A DNA stretch of 64,000 nt, from NCBI GenBank assembly GCA_977030845.1, contig OZ365113.1, positions 6,324,001-6,388,000 of the forward strand, given 5' to 3'. Shown here piece after piece: positions 11,217 to 21,413 of the stretch. Position numbers and translations under genes: made by a program. The stretch's first letter is position 1; each line of letters begins with the position of its first letter. The notes beneath the pieces were generated by a model. It did no database searches and was not told where the DNA came from. It saw only the letters and a program-made list of their open reading frames with translations. The DNA comes from Fimbriosthenelais zetlandica (taxonomy: Eukaryota).

Positions 11217-11839
11217 CGGATACTTTTCTGAAAAGTGATTTCTAGGTCTATGCATTTATGTGTTATATGACAATACTTTTCAGATATTTTTCTGATACTA
11301 AAAAGTGCCTAGGATTCAGTAGCTCTGCCACCATAATTTTCGGATAGTTCTCTGAAATTTAATGTGCTTGGCCTCAGTCTTGTACTGCATGTAATTCTAC
11401 CCCACGCTGATGCCAGCTTGACACACTGTAAAACTTCATTCACGCTTTTTCTGGCATTTTCTGTCTGTTCTGACTGACAGTACCTCTACACCGTGAAGGT
11501 TCATCCTATATTGCATTGAATTATTTTCTAAGTTGTGATTTTTAATATTTCTTGTATCCCAGGTATCCTATCCTATTTTGTTCCCACACTGTAAAGCTTT
11601 GTTTTGCTACCTTTTGGCTAGAACACTTCTTACACTTCTTACACCTTCTTTTGCTATCTTATAACCTTTCCTTTTCCCTGTACACTGTAAAGCTTTGTTT
11701 TGCCATCTTATATCGTTTTCTTCCCTCCATACACTGTAGAGCTTTGCTTGGGTATTTCATAAATTCTCTGTAGTTCCTTTCTGGTTCTCCCTGTACACTG
11801 TAGATCTCTGTTTTGCTATCTTGCTATCTAAAATCTAAC

Positions 11840-13957
11840 ATGGCCCTGAATGTGAACTCTGCGACTGTGGAGGAGCTCAGTGGGCTCAAAGGCATAGGTG
11901 CCGTGTATGCTACCCGGCTAGTGGAGCTGGTGGGCGAGCATGGACCATTCCTTAATCTCCTGGCCCTGCAGGCTGTCTGTGAACCACAGCTGTCAACCAC
12001 AGTCAGCAATCTGTGCAAAGGTGGTCTGTTAACTGTATCGGCGGCAGAAGCTGATGCGGACACAGAGGCCAGCCGCTCAGAGTCTCCAGAGGTAGATGAT
12101 GACATGCAGAAGGAGATGATGGATGAGGAGGAACGGGAGGTGCACGTGGCCAAGGAGAGGAGACGGCTGGCGCTGGCAGCACTCCGGTTGAAGAATGACA
12201 GGGCCGAAAGGAGGTTGAGGGAGGAGAGGGCTGAACTGGCAGCCCTGGAAGAGGAGATTCGCCTGGAGAGAGGGAGGTGGAGACAACAGGACAAGGAAGA
12301 GGAGAATGTGACCCTTCCTGACATGCCCTATATAGCCCGGCTGCTTGCCAAGGGTAAACCCCGGGCTTCAGTTACTGCATTACCAGGACCCACACCAAGA
12401 ACCGAACCTACTGAGCTGGAAACAACAAAAGCAGAGCATGCCGCCAAGCCGAACATCCAAACTTCTTCTGACGCCCCTGGAGCTATCTTGAAGGTAGAAG
12501 AAGTGAAAGTTGAAGTAAATGAAGGGAAAAAGGTGGAAGAAGAAAGAGAGGAGGAAATGAAGGCTGAAGCGAATGAAGGGAATAAGGTGGAAGAAGAAAA
12601 AGAAGAGGAAATGAAGGCTGAAGCGAATGAAGGGGATAAGGTGGAAGAAGAAAAAGAAGAGGAAATGAAGGCTGAAGCGAATGAAGGGGATAAGGTGGAA
12701 GAAGAAAGAGAGGAGGAAATGAAGGCTGAAGCGAATGAAGGGAATAAGGTGGAAGAAGAAAAAGAAGAGGAAATGAAGGCTGAAGCGAATGAAGGGGATA
12801 AGGTGGAAGAAGAAAAAGAAGAGGAAATGAAGGCTGAAGTAAATGAAGGGAAAAAGGTGGAAGAAGAAAGAGAGGAGGAAATGAAGGCTGAAGTGAATGA
12901 AGGGAATAAGGTGGAAGAAGAAAGAGAGGAGGAAATGAAGGTGAACTATATATGTCATGAGGAGGACGGGGAAGTGGGAATGGCAAAGCAGGAGGATGGG
13001 GAAGAGAAGCAGGAAGAGACAGCTCGGGATGAACGCAGGGCTCCAAGGAGGGAACAAGACATGCCTTCCTTTGACGAGAAGAAAGAGAAGATCATCACTG
13101 AGAAAGTGAAAGAGAAAGAGAAGATCATCACTGCGCAGGTGAAAGAGAAAGAGAAGATCATCACTGAACAGGTGAAAGAGAAAGATAACATCATCACTGA
13201 ACAGGTGAAAGAGAAAGAGAACGTCATCACTGAACAGGTGAAAGAGAAAGATAACATCATCACTGAACAGGTGAAAGAGGAAGAGAAAGAGAACATCATC
13301 ACTGAACAAGTGAAAGAGGAAGAGAAAGAGAACATCATCACTGAACAGGTGAAAGAGAAAGAGAACATAAACACGGAACAGGAGAAAGAGAAAGAGAACA
13401 TCATCACTGAACAGGTGAAAGAGAACATCATCACTGAGCAGGTGAAAGAGGAAGGGAAAGAGAACATCACAGAACAGGTGACACAGGCTAAGCAGAAGAA
13501 GATGGCAATTCAAGTACCACAACAGGTGAATAAAAAGAAATTAAATTGTGCCTCAGTCACATGTGGTGCCGAAATAGTTGCGGCTAAGTCAGAGGCCAAG
13601 AGAATAACATCTGTTTGCAATGAAATCGGTGGCCAGTTCATGGTATGCGAGCCTTGTCAAGTTAAGAAGCCTGAGCCTGAGCCGTCTACTGGAGGCCTTA
13701 TTCTAGAAGCTTTCAGGCCAGGTGCTGAGGCAACTAACCTGGGCCCCAGACACTCCACCTTGCGCAAAGGGGATTTCATGGGATTGGTTGACCCAGCAGA
13801 GGATCTCCACTTATCTGCTCACCTTTTGGCCAAAATCGGAGCATTTGCCTCCAGAGGGCCCACTCAGGACACATCGGGACATGCCAAGCCTGGGTCGTTA
13901 GCAAATGACCAGGGTAAGGTGGCCACGAGCAGTGCTCGAGGGTTCTTCGGGTTTTAA
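11840..13957 (+). CDS. LTR-element ORF (705 aa): N-terminal helix-hairpin-helix (HHH_3/ComEA-like), coiled coil, 18-aa and ~11-aa acidic repeats, C-terminal Gypsy PR-RT linker-like remnant
   Basis: Good Kozak context (aacATGG); LNVNSATVEELSGLKGIGAVYATRLV is an HhH signature; uninterrupted frame; C-terminal ...KSE...CEP...GGLIL...TNL...LRKGDFMG..DPAE. Confidence 0.75.
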   Translation: MALNVNSATVEELSGLKGIGAVYATRLVELVGEHGPFLNLLALQAVCEPQLSTTVSNLCKGGLLTVSAAEADADTEASRSESPEVDDDMQKEMMDEEEREVHVAKERRRLALAALRLKNDRAERRLREERAELAALEEEIRLERGRWRQQDKEEENVTLPDMPYIARLLAKGKPRASVTALPGPTPRTEPTELETTKAEHAAKPNIQTSSDAPGAILKVEEVKVEVNEGKKVEEEREEEMKAEANEGNKVEEEKEEEMKAEANEGDKVEEEKEEEMKAEANEGDKVEEEREEEMKAEANEGNKVEEEKEEEMKAEANEGDKVEEEKEEEMKAEVNEGKKVEEEREEEMKAEVNEGNKVEEEREEEMKVNYICHEEDGEVGMAKQEDGEEKQEETARDERRAPRREQDMPSFDEKKEKIITEKVKEKEKIITAQVKEKEKIITEQVKEKDNIITEQVKEKENVITEQVKEKDNIITEQVKEEEKENIITEQVKEEEKENIITEQVKEKENINTEQEKEKENIITEQVKENIITEQVKEEGKENITEQVTQAKQKKMAIQVPQQVNKKKLNCASVTCGAEIVAAKSEAKRITSVCNEIGGQFMVCEPCQVKKPEPEPSTGGLILEAFRPGAEATNLGPRHSTLRKGDFMGLVDPAEDLHLSAHLLAKIGAFASRGPTQDTSGHAKPGSLANDQGKVATSSARGFFGF
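12500..12940 (+). repeat. 54-bp coding minisatellite (VEEEKEEEMKAEANEGDK), about 8 units
   Basis: Direct inspection of the DNA and the translation. Confidence 0.9.
13080..13480 (+). repeat. 27-39-bp coding minisatellite (KEKENIITEQV), about 12 units
   Basis: Direct inspection; all unit lengths are multiples of 3. Confidence 0.9.
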
Positions 13958-14050
13958 CCTGAGGAGCCCTGCCTGAACTGTACATAAGTAAATCTATTAG
14001 TGTAAACCATAGCATAGGAGTAGGGACAGGAATAGGCATTAGGGACTAGA

Positions 14051-14298
14051 TCTAGAACCAGGCAGGACAAGCTGGCAGAATTCTTGCCGGCGGAAAACCT
14101 TGTGCCTGAGAAAATGTAAATTTAGTAGTGTAGGGGCCTAGGCCTATAGACCATGAGATAGGAATAGGCACTACATTAAATCTGGAACCAGACAGGAAAA
14201 GCTGGCAGACTTCTTGCCGGCGGTAAAACCCCTGCCTAATCTGGAACCAGACAGGAAAAGCTGGCAGATTTCTTGCCGGCGGTAAACCCCCTGCCTAA
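14051..14298 (+). repeat. Block B in the element 3' UTR (three copies of a ~50-nt CTGGCAGAnTTCTTGCCGGCGG motif)
   Basis: Identical to 10805-11052. Confidence 0.9.
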
Positions 14299-14306
14299 TA
14301 AAAAAC

Positions 14307-14458
14307 AGTGCTGACATCATATGGCGGACGACACCTCAGAGCCCTAGCTGGGTAACCATCCCCGGCGACAAAGGCCTTCAAGAGTGCTGACGTAATATGG
14401 CAGACGTCACCCCGGGGCCCTAGCTGGGTAACCACCCCCGGCGCCAAAGGCCTTCAAA
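14307..14458 (+). repeat. 76-bp tandem repeat x2 just before the PPT
   Basis: agtgctgac...gccctagctgggtaacca..cccggcg.caaaggccttcaa occurs twice. Confidence 0.85.
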
Positions 14459-14474
14459 AGAAAACGGGGGAGAA
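14456..14474 (+). promoter_or_regulatory. Polypurine tract
   Basis: aaaagaaaacgggggagaa directly abuts the TGT start of the 3' LTR. Confidence 0.8.
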
Positions 14475-14786
14475 TGTAGTACGCGAGCAGGGAACCCCCT
14501 GTGTGACGTCACTGAGCGGTCAGGCCCTCAGAGCCGGGAATCCCCTTGGCCCTGCTGAGGGCATGACCGGTCAGATGAACAAGAGACCCCCGAGCAGAAA
14601 GACTGTACATAGGCCGCTGAGTTACTCGCCCTCACAACCTTACTGCCCGTCTCTATCATCTCACACATACTAAGTTACAGTAAGTAAATGGTATGACATA
14701 CAGACTGGACATATACATACACATAGGACTGATATACATATACTCAATATACTGGACATATTCTACATATAGGCAAAAGTACAACA
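14475..14786 (+). repeat. Complete 3' LTR (312 bp) containing a CRE palindrome (14504-14511)
   Basis: TGTAGTAC...GTACAACA termini, preceded by the PPT. Confidence 0.9.
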
Positions 14787-15653
14787 GACTCACACACGTT
14801 TATCCCAAATCTAAAGTAGTTAAGAAGTTCTTTAATTAAGTTTACACTAAGTACCGGTATACTAAAGTATGATTATAGGCTCTACTCTACTAGTCTTTAG
14901 GCCTTAGTTTCTAATCAACGTGACTTCGGAGTACCGGTAATGTAATTTTCATCTTTAAATTCGAATTCCTACCTGTAGACATACTCACCCTGCACCCCTC
15001 AAATGCAGAACGGAAATGGGAAGAAAAAATGGTAAAACACACATCCATGCTGCCGCCCCGTTACAACGCCAGCCCTCGCTGAGACAGCAATCTAGTTTTT
15101 GACATTTATTCCTTGGCTATTTTCACAAAGATCCCTTGGTTTGTCAAATATAAAAAGTGAGTATACAATAAATCAATCATGTTTTGTTCACATTATTGAG
15201 TATTAAATGTCATAGACAAATAGATAATTTATTATTCACTATATTCCCTATTATCGCTCAAAGAAAGTGTGCCTTTGGCTTTAGTGGCTTTAGCCTTTAC
15301 GGCTTTAGTATGGCTTTACTGCCTAGGCCGAGGCTCGAGAAAGTACGGTAGGCCAACAGTTGACTCCTGAGATGTTGAATATTTAACAAAAAGATAGGCC
15401 TATATCATGCATAGCCTACTAGTGTAGGCCTCCCGGGGTAGGCCTGAACAATATCCGCTTTCCTTAAATTTTATGTTAATCCGAAACAAAAATAACTTGT
15501 TTTTGCCTAACCGGGAGAAGATTTCCCTCCACCGGCTGGGGTTTAAGAAACAGATAGGACTGATATAATAGTCCTATGGAAGACTAATACCAGGGATATC
15601 ATAGCATAAAAGACTAAGTGTAAGCCTAATGCTTTTCAATTTCACTTTTCCAG

Positions 15654-15855
15654 ATGGCGCCACCGGAGTCCATGAAAGCTACTTTGATGAAGCAGGGAGC
15701 TGAGGCTAAGCTGTTCACTGGGACTTTCCTGGGGCGACCTGTAGTCATTAAGGAAAGATTCAAGAAGGCCTACCGCCACCCTAGCCTTGATAAAAGTCTC
15801 ACTAGTCAAAGAACCAAGTCTGAAGTCCGCTCCATGATGAGATGCAGAGCCAATG
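15654..15855 (+). CDS. TP53RK: EKC/KEOPS complex kinase Bud32/TP53RK, coding exon 1
   Basis: MKQGAEAKLF.G.FLGRPVVIKERFKKAYRHPSLDKSLT..RTKSEVRSM.RCR; phase-1 GT donor at 15856; the ATG directly follows a ttttccag acceptor, implying an upstream UTR exon. Confidence 0.93.
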
Positions 15856-16487
15856 GTAGGCCAAATTTATTTTGTTTTATTAATTTAACAGGGTTTCCTC
15901 GTGGAAAATTTAAGGCCTTAAAAAATCTTAAATTCCTGTCTTTTTTGTCTAAAAGTTGACGTCATTGCCAACGATGAAGACTAATCATGCAGGGTTCCTA
16001 GCGACTCTGGAAATCATGGAAAAAAACAGGGAAAACTCAGGGAATTTGAGAAAAACGGGGAAAATGTGGAATTTGATGAATATCTCAGAGGGATAATAAG
16101 ACAGAATGTCCCCAGGGGGGTGTACCTCGAGAGGTATACCAGGACCCCGGGACTAGGGCACAAGTTTTGGTTGCGTAAAAGTACATCCTGAGAGCTCGAG
16201 GGATCTAAAAAGAACTTCGATTCTGTCAGTTAGGAAAGATTGTGTACCGTAGTTTGTTTAATTCGTTTAAAATTTATTTCACCCCAACCAACAAAACACA
16301 CCCCAAAATAACTGTACATGTATTCCCATTGCAAATTAATGTTACAGGTAACTAGGTCAACCAGTATTTCCCTAGGGCAAATACTGGACATATCCTATCT
16401 GCATATTTTCCCCCTATACTGTTCAACAATACTTGGAATAAAATAAAGCCAAGTTTTTCATTGTTTTCTATCTTTCATGAATTTCAG

Positions 16488-16969
16488 GAATTGCAACCCC
16501 TGCCATTTACTTTGTGGACGAAACAGAGAACAAAATCTACATGGAGCATTTAACCGACAGCCAAACCGTCCGGGACTATGTGCGACAAGTTCAGACGAAA
16601 CCGAACAACGACCGAGACGCCCTCCTCCACTCACTCGGCAGGAAAATGGGCGACGCCATCGGTAAAATGCACGAGAAAAATATAATTCACGGAGACCTGA
16701 CTACGTCTAATATGTTACTACGTGGAAACGGTCTCGAGCTTGTCATGATTGACTTTGGTTTGGGTTATATTGACAACGTAGCTGAGGATAAGGGAGTAGA
16801 CTTGTATGTATTAGAGAGGGCTTTGCTCAGCACTCATCCAAACACAGAGAAGTTGTTTGAAGTTATCCTTGACGCGTATAAAAAAACAAACCCCACAGGC
16901 GCCACGGAAGTGATCAAGAAGTTAGAAGAGGTGCGCATGCGCGGACGAAAACGAACAATGGTTGGTTGA
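16488..16969 (+). CDS. TP53RK: Bud32/TP53RK, coding exon 2 (227 aa in total)
   Basis: tttcag acceptor; IIHGDLTTSNMLL, IDFGLG, AEDKGVDLYVLERA and VRMRGRKRTMVG* motifs. Confidence 0.95.
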
Positions 16970-17691
16970 TTGAGATTCTATTTTATAATAAAATAGTAAC
17001 GTTAATATGAATCTATTATCCCAATTAGTTTAATTATTTAAAAAAAATTATGATGTATGGAAATCATTTCGGAAAAATACCTTTCCTTTTACCCTATGAT
17101 ATGTGATGTGTTTTCTCTTAGCATTTTCGCGTTAAAAACAAGTCGAAAATGGGGATTTTTGTCTAGTTTTTGCTGTCACTACTTTTTTTTTTATGTGATC
17201 TTCTCTATAAGAATCTGTAACTAACTCAAAATCCATTTTTGCGACTTTAGACTCATTTAGTACAAGCACGTCACATATGAATAGAATATCCCAATACGTT
17301 GCATTAAGTGTTTTTTATTATGATCGATGGAAATCATTTAGGAAAATCCCTTCCCTTTTACCCTTACTATTGCTATGATGTATCACACTTATCTAGATAG
17401 TAAATCTATTTTCAAGCTTACCAGAAACGTTGACTGTATATTTTGTTTGTAAATGTAATAACTCTTACAACAGAAATTAAACACACATGTATATTAAACA
17501 CACATGATTGTATACATGTACTTAAAACTGACTTTACTGCTTGAATGCTACTTTGTTTAGTTAGAACATAAATCAATTTGGCACCTCAAGGTGTCGGGGA
17601 CTTCCCGACATTGGGAATTTATATGACTAACATTGAGTAATTATTTATATGCTATCAGTATCTCTACTCAAACTAATATATAGTGACTCTC

Positions 17692-17883
17692 TTAAGCCTC
17701 GAACACACTAATCCCATTCTCCAATCTGTCGCCATCCGATCCCCCATTGCTAACGACATCCAATGATTAGAATTTTGTCAATGGTTAGCCTTACCTAGGT
17801 GTAAAGGACTGTTCAAATTACAAGCATTTGGTGTTCATAGAAATATAGTTCCAGATATCGGATTAGTGTGGTCCAGGCTTTAA
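17692..17883. mobile_element. MITE family 1 (TIR AGCCTGGAACACACTAATCCGATTCTC; TA/TTAA flanks), representative copy
   Basis: Other copies or fragments at ~33058-33271, 38726-38926, 42577-42712, 44375-44568, 45499-45706, 46413-46570, 47370-47435, 47920-48076, 48597-48790, 51820-51905, 52977-53195, 54836-55075, 55598-55695 and 57522-57775. Confidence 0.85.
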
Positions 17884-18070
17884 GCGTATGATCCACTTGC
17901 AATGTGATGGTGCCGATTCTCCATTACGAGCTCTTGTCTTACGAGGGGAAAATACAGACTTGGAGAGGACGCAAGAGATCGTCAGGGGAAAATTATGCAC
18001 TACAAACTCCTACGAGTGTTACAATGCCTTTCGTGGGCTTCCGAGTGTTCCGACAGGTGTGAGAATATCA

Positions 18071-18160
18071 AAAATACTAAATATTCTCGGAAGGTGTGTT
18101 AACAATCGTGGGGCTAAAATACTAAATATTCTCGGAAGGTGTGTTAACAATCGTGGGGCT
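18071..18160. repeat. 45-bp perfect tandem duplication
   Basis: aaaatactaaatattctcggaaggtgtgttaacaatcgtggggct x2. Confidence 0.9.
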
Positions 18161-18333
18161 CGTAAGCATTTGGAGAATGTCATAGGCAATCGAGATACCT
18201 TATGAGGCTTAAGAAACCTTACGAGATTATGCGGCCTTACGCGAAAATTCATAGATAACAAATTTGGAACGAACCAGCCCCAATTTCAGGCCAACAGTAG
18301 GCTACACGCATGGGCCCTATATCTTTTGACTCT

Positions 18334-19218
18334 TTAAACCATATCTCTTTCATCCACTGCTTCTAGTATAGTAGCTATGAGTCCTAGTCTTTTGGGTTTA
18401 CTCTCTTTCGGGGCATCAGTGGGAACTGTCACTTCCCTTTTAGGTTTCTTCACGGGACTCCTATATTGACCACCTCTATGCCAAGTCTGTACTGTCACTG
18501 GCTTTTTATGCGGGGCTTTTCTAACTACATGAGGTTGCAGCTGCTGGGTTGGTTTCTTCCTGGCTTTTGGCACTTTTATACCTCCAAACACTGGATATAC
18601 AGAAAATGCTGCTATTGTCCCGTTACTGGCCACTGTCGGCGAGGTCGGGAGGCCTTTTAGAACTTTCCCCGACGAAGCTCTGCCTCGCGTCGGTGGAGAC
18701 TTGTCGCACGAATCTTTCCGAGTGAACGACGAATTAGCTGAAGTCGTCCGATCAAGACTTTGATCAATGCTCCTGTTGTGACTGGATCGGGTGGAGAGAG
18801 CAACACTAACGTTGGCTTTAGAAGTATTCGATGTGATAGAACCTCGACTTCTTACTGACACAGTTGGTGAGGAAGCAGGGCGAGTCTCTTTCAATCTGCT
18901 GACATGGGTTGGTTTTGTTAACCTGGAGGTTATCTGGTTCAGTTGTTTTTTGCTTACGTCACAATGGGGTGGGTAGGGACTGGCAATGAATACACTGATC
19001 GTAGGGGAGGAGGTACCATGCCGGGGGTAAGCCTTGGACTGTTGGGAATACGTTCCCCTAGATAACCTGCTGTTGACGTCATCCAGATCCGTACTCTCCC
19101 ATGGGGTTCTTGTGTCGATGTAGATTTCTTCCCCGACGTGGTATACACGTGGTGTGACGTCATAATTAGCTCTGCCATATCTTCTATAACAAGCCTCACT
19201 CAGTGCCATGGCCGCCAT
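18334..19218 (-). CDS. Orphan Ser/Thr/Pro/Lys-rich protein, 294 aa, single coding exon
   Basis: Long open frame with higher GC than its flanks; first ATG in a aaaATGG context; no recognisable domain. Confidence 0.55.
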   Translation of the reverse strand: MAAMALSEACYRRYGRANYDVTPRVYHVGEEIYIDTRTPWESTDLDDVNSRLSRGTYSQQSKAYPRHGTSSPTISVFIASPYPPHCDVSKKQLNQITSRLTKPTHVSRLKETRPASSPTVSVRSRGSITSNTSKANVSVALSTRSSHNRSIDQSLDRTTSANSSFTRKDSCDKSPPTRGRASSGKVLKGLPTSPTVASNGTIAAFSVYPVFGGIKVPKARKKPTQQLQPHVVRKAPHKKPVTVQTWHRGGQYRSPVKKPKREVTVPTDAPKESKPKRLGLIATILEAVDERDMV

Positions 19219-21179
19219 TTTGTCATCCAAATATCTCTGGAACTCCTGACTTAACTTTAATTGCCTATATATGTCTCAAACACTATAATATATCCAAATA
19301 AATTCTTGGGTGTTTAGATTCCTATCCATTAAGGTAGGCCTAGCCTATCACATCGGTGACTTTTCTTTGGCTTGAACAAGTTGATCAAAAACTCCTCTAC
19401 TCTTGTGATTTTTGTTCGACAAGTCTGTGTGACTTATAAATCGGCATAGTCCAAGGAGAGGGACATGACTTGGCAATGTAAATGATTTGAACTCCATGGG
19501 GTATGTGGCTTCTCAGTAGACGCAGGTCTGATGTAAGCATACTGATTTTTACCACCAGTCAATAAGAAATTCGTCCACTTCATGTAATGTTCTCCGCTAC
19601 AGTCTACAGATCATATGTTGGAGTAGACCTATTATGATACGATTAACTAAAGGCAAACCTGATCAGCGTATAGTTGTTTTGTTAGTGCAGGGGCCTGTTT
19701 CAAAAGGAATATTTGCAATGCTGCGGGGGCGACCATTAGGCTAGAACACCAGAGAGTTGGGGGAGAGGGGGGCTGAATTTTTTTTAAATAAATAATTTTG
19801 TGGGGGATATGGATGAAATAAATAAATTGACATCAGAGACAGTGGAAATAAATAAATTTTATCGCCATAGGCGGGTAAAATAGACAGACAGGAAAATCCG
19901 AAATAAATATTTCGGGCCCTTCTTGCCCTGAAATAAATAAAATTGTCTTTCTCTGTTCTGAAATAGATCAAATTGCCCCCCGCCCTGGTATTCCAATGGT
20001 CGCCCCCTAAGTCTATGGCTAATATTCGTTTTGAAACGTGCTCCAAATTTATCTTCTCCCGATTCCCAAACGAGATCTGAAGGACCCCACCACAAAGAGA
20101 CTTTCAAAACATTAAAAAAAACTTAATTAATTTAAGTCCCTCTTGGTCCCTCCTTCTAGATTACGCGTTTCTAATAATTTAATTCCAATGAGTTATATGT
20201 AATTACATATAAATTTTATATAGATCCATATACAATGTAGATTCATAGATAGCCTAATATTGGAAACTCTTATTTTTTCTTCAAAATCTAACTTCAAAGA
20301 TTTGTTATGAAAAATAGAGAGCCCCCTAGTTTTCTCTAAAGAAGGATATTTTTGGTTGGGAATGAGGAGGGGGAAGGGGCCCGGGTGGGGGGACTGGGTG
20401 GAAATACATTTAATTAATCACTTAAGTCCAGGAACAGAAAGTCCCGAGCAAACATGGTTGTTATGGCGAGAACGTGAGTGCAGAGCTGTTTTAAATATTC
20501 CGGTATTAGGTCGCTGAACAATCATGGCTTGTCTATGTTAAATAGTGATTGTATATCCGGTAGATTTATGAGATCTTGACATGGGCGACTAACCATTTCC
20601 TATTCAATTACACAGCAGGTGCTTAGCTCCTGAGCCGTGCTACTAATACCAAAGATACTGGACAATTATCCAATAGTATAAAGTCGCAAAAATGGATTTC
20701 GCGTTAGTTTCAGATTCGTATAGATCAAATCACGAGTGTTACACTGATATATAGCACGTGGACATGTGGAAAATATTCATATTTTTAATAAAATTTCAAA
20801 AAAATAAAAGTAGTGACAGCATAAACTAGAGAAGATATACCCATTTCAGACAATTTTCTGTCCAACTGGAAGAAATCCTGAAGGGACAATACACACAAAA
20901 GTGAACTTTTCTCAATTTCGCTCACAAATCTAGTAATTTCATTGTATACTTGTTTTTAATGCGAAAATGCCAAGAAAAATAAATAGCTTGTGTAAAAAGC
21001 TTTCAGGCTGAATGGCCCTACATGTAGCTGTGTGATTTCAGACTCATTAATTTTAGTGAAAACACATCACATATGGCTAACTAGGTGCAGTACTCTAAAC
21101 ATTTAATTTAAGAAGTGCTAACGGTTTGATTCAAAATAAACTATGTGCAGTATGTCAAAAAGGAATGTGACAACCCTTA

Positions 21180-21413
21180 GGGGTCATCTCAAAATTTCAC
21201 ATTTTTTTTTTATTTTTAAAAGTCTTTTTATTTGGAGCCAGACCACCCACCCTCCCCATCTCCTATCTTAAAGTGTGAAAAACAGTGGCTGAAATCATGG
21301 TAACTGATATCCATGCAGTTTGTTCACAAATTAAAGTGGGACTCAGACCACCAACTACTGTTTTAAAGAACTTAAATTTGGAGAAAAGACATGCGAACTT
21401 TGAGACGGCCCCT
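21180..21413. mobile_element. MITE family 3, PIF/Harbinger-like (TTA TSD)
   Basis: GGGGTCATCTCAAA...TTTGAGACGGCCCC flanked by TTA on both sides; a short relative at 63461-63560 also has TTA flanks. Confidence 0.75.

Larger units (their letters stand above)
9689..14786 (+). mobile_element. Non-autonomous LTR retroelement (Gypsy-derived) with a truncated 5' LTR and a single ORF
   Basis: 248-bp identical direct repeats, PBS immediately after the 5' repeat, PPT immediately before the 3' LTR, near-inverted LTR termini TGTAGTAC...GTACAACA, and no RT/IN motifs. Confidence 0.9.

Noticed and set aside
12500-13480. Regular repeat arrays (also 49461-49812) considered as CRISPR-like
   Set aside because: The units are head-to-tail with no unique spacers, there are no cas genes, and the context is eukaryotic.
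11824-13522. Long - strand ORFs (166, 380, 187 and 171 aa) opposite the LTR-element ORF
   Set aside because: They are shadows of the purine-rich tandem repeats, which lack stops on the reverse strand; the products are low-complexity Leu/Phe/Ser.
15016-15037. Possible upstream coding micro-exon of TP53RK (ATG|gtaaaa at 15029-15032)
   Set aside because: The donor is weak and several alternatives exist; it cannot be chosen without transcript data.
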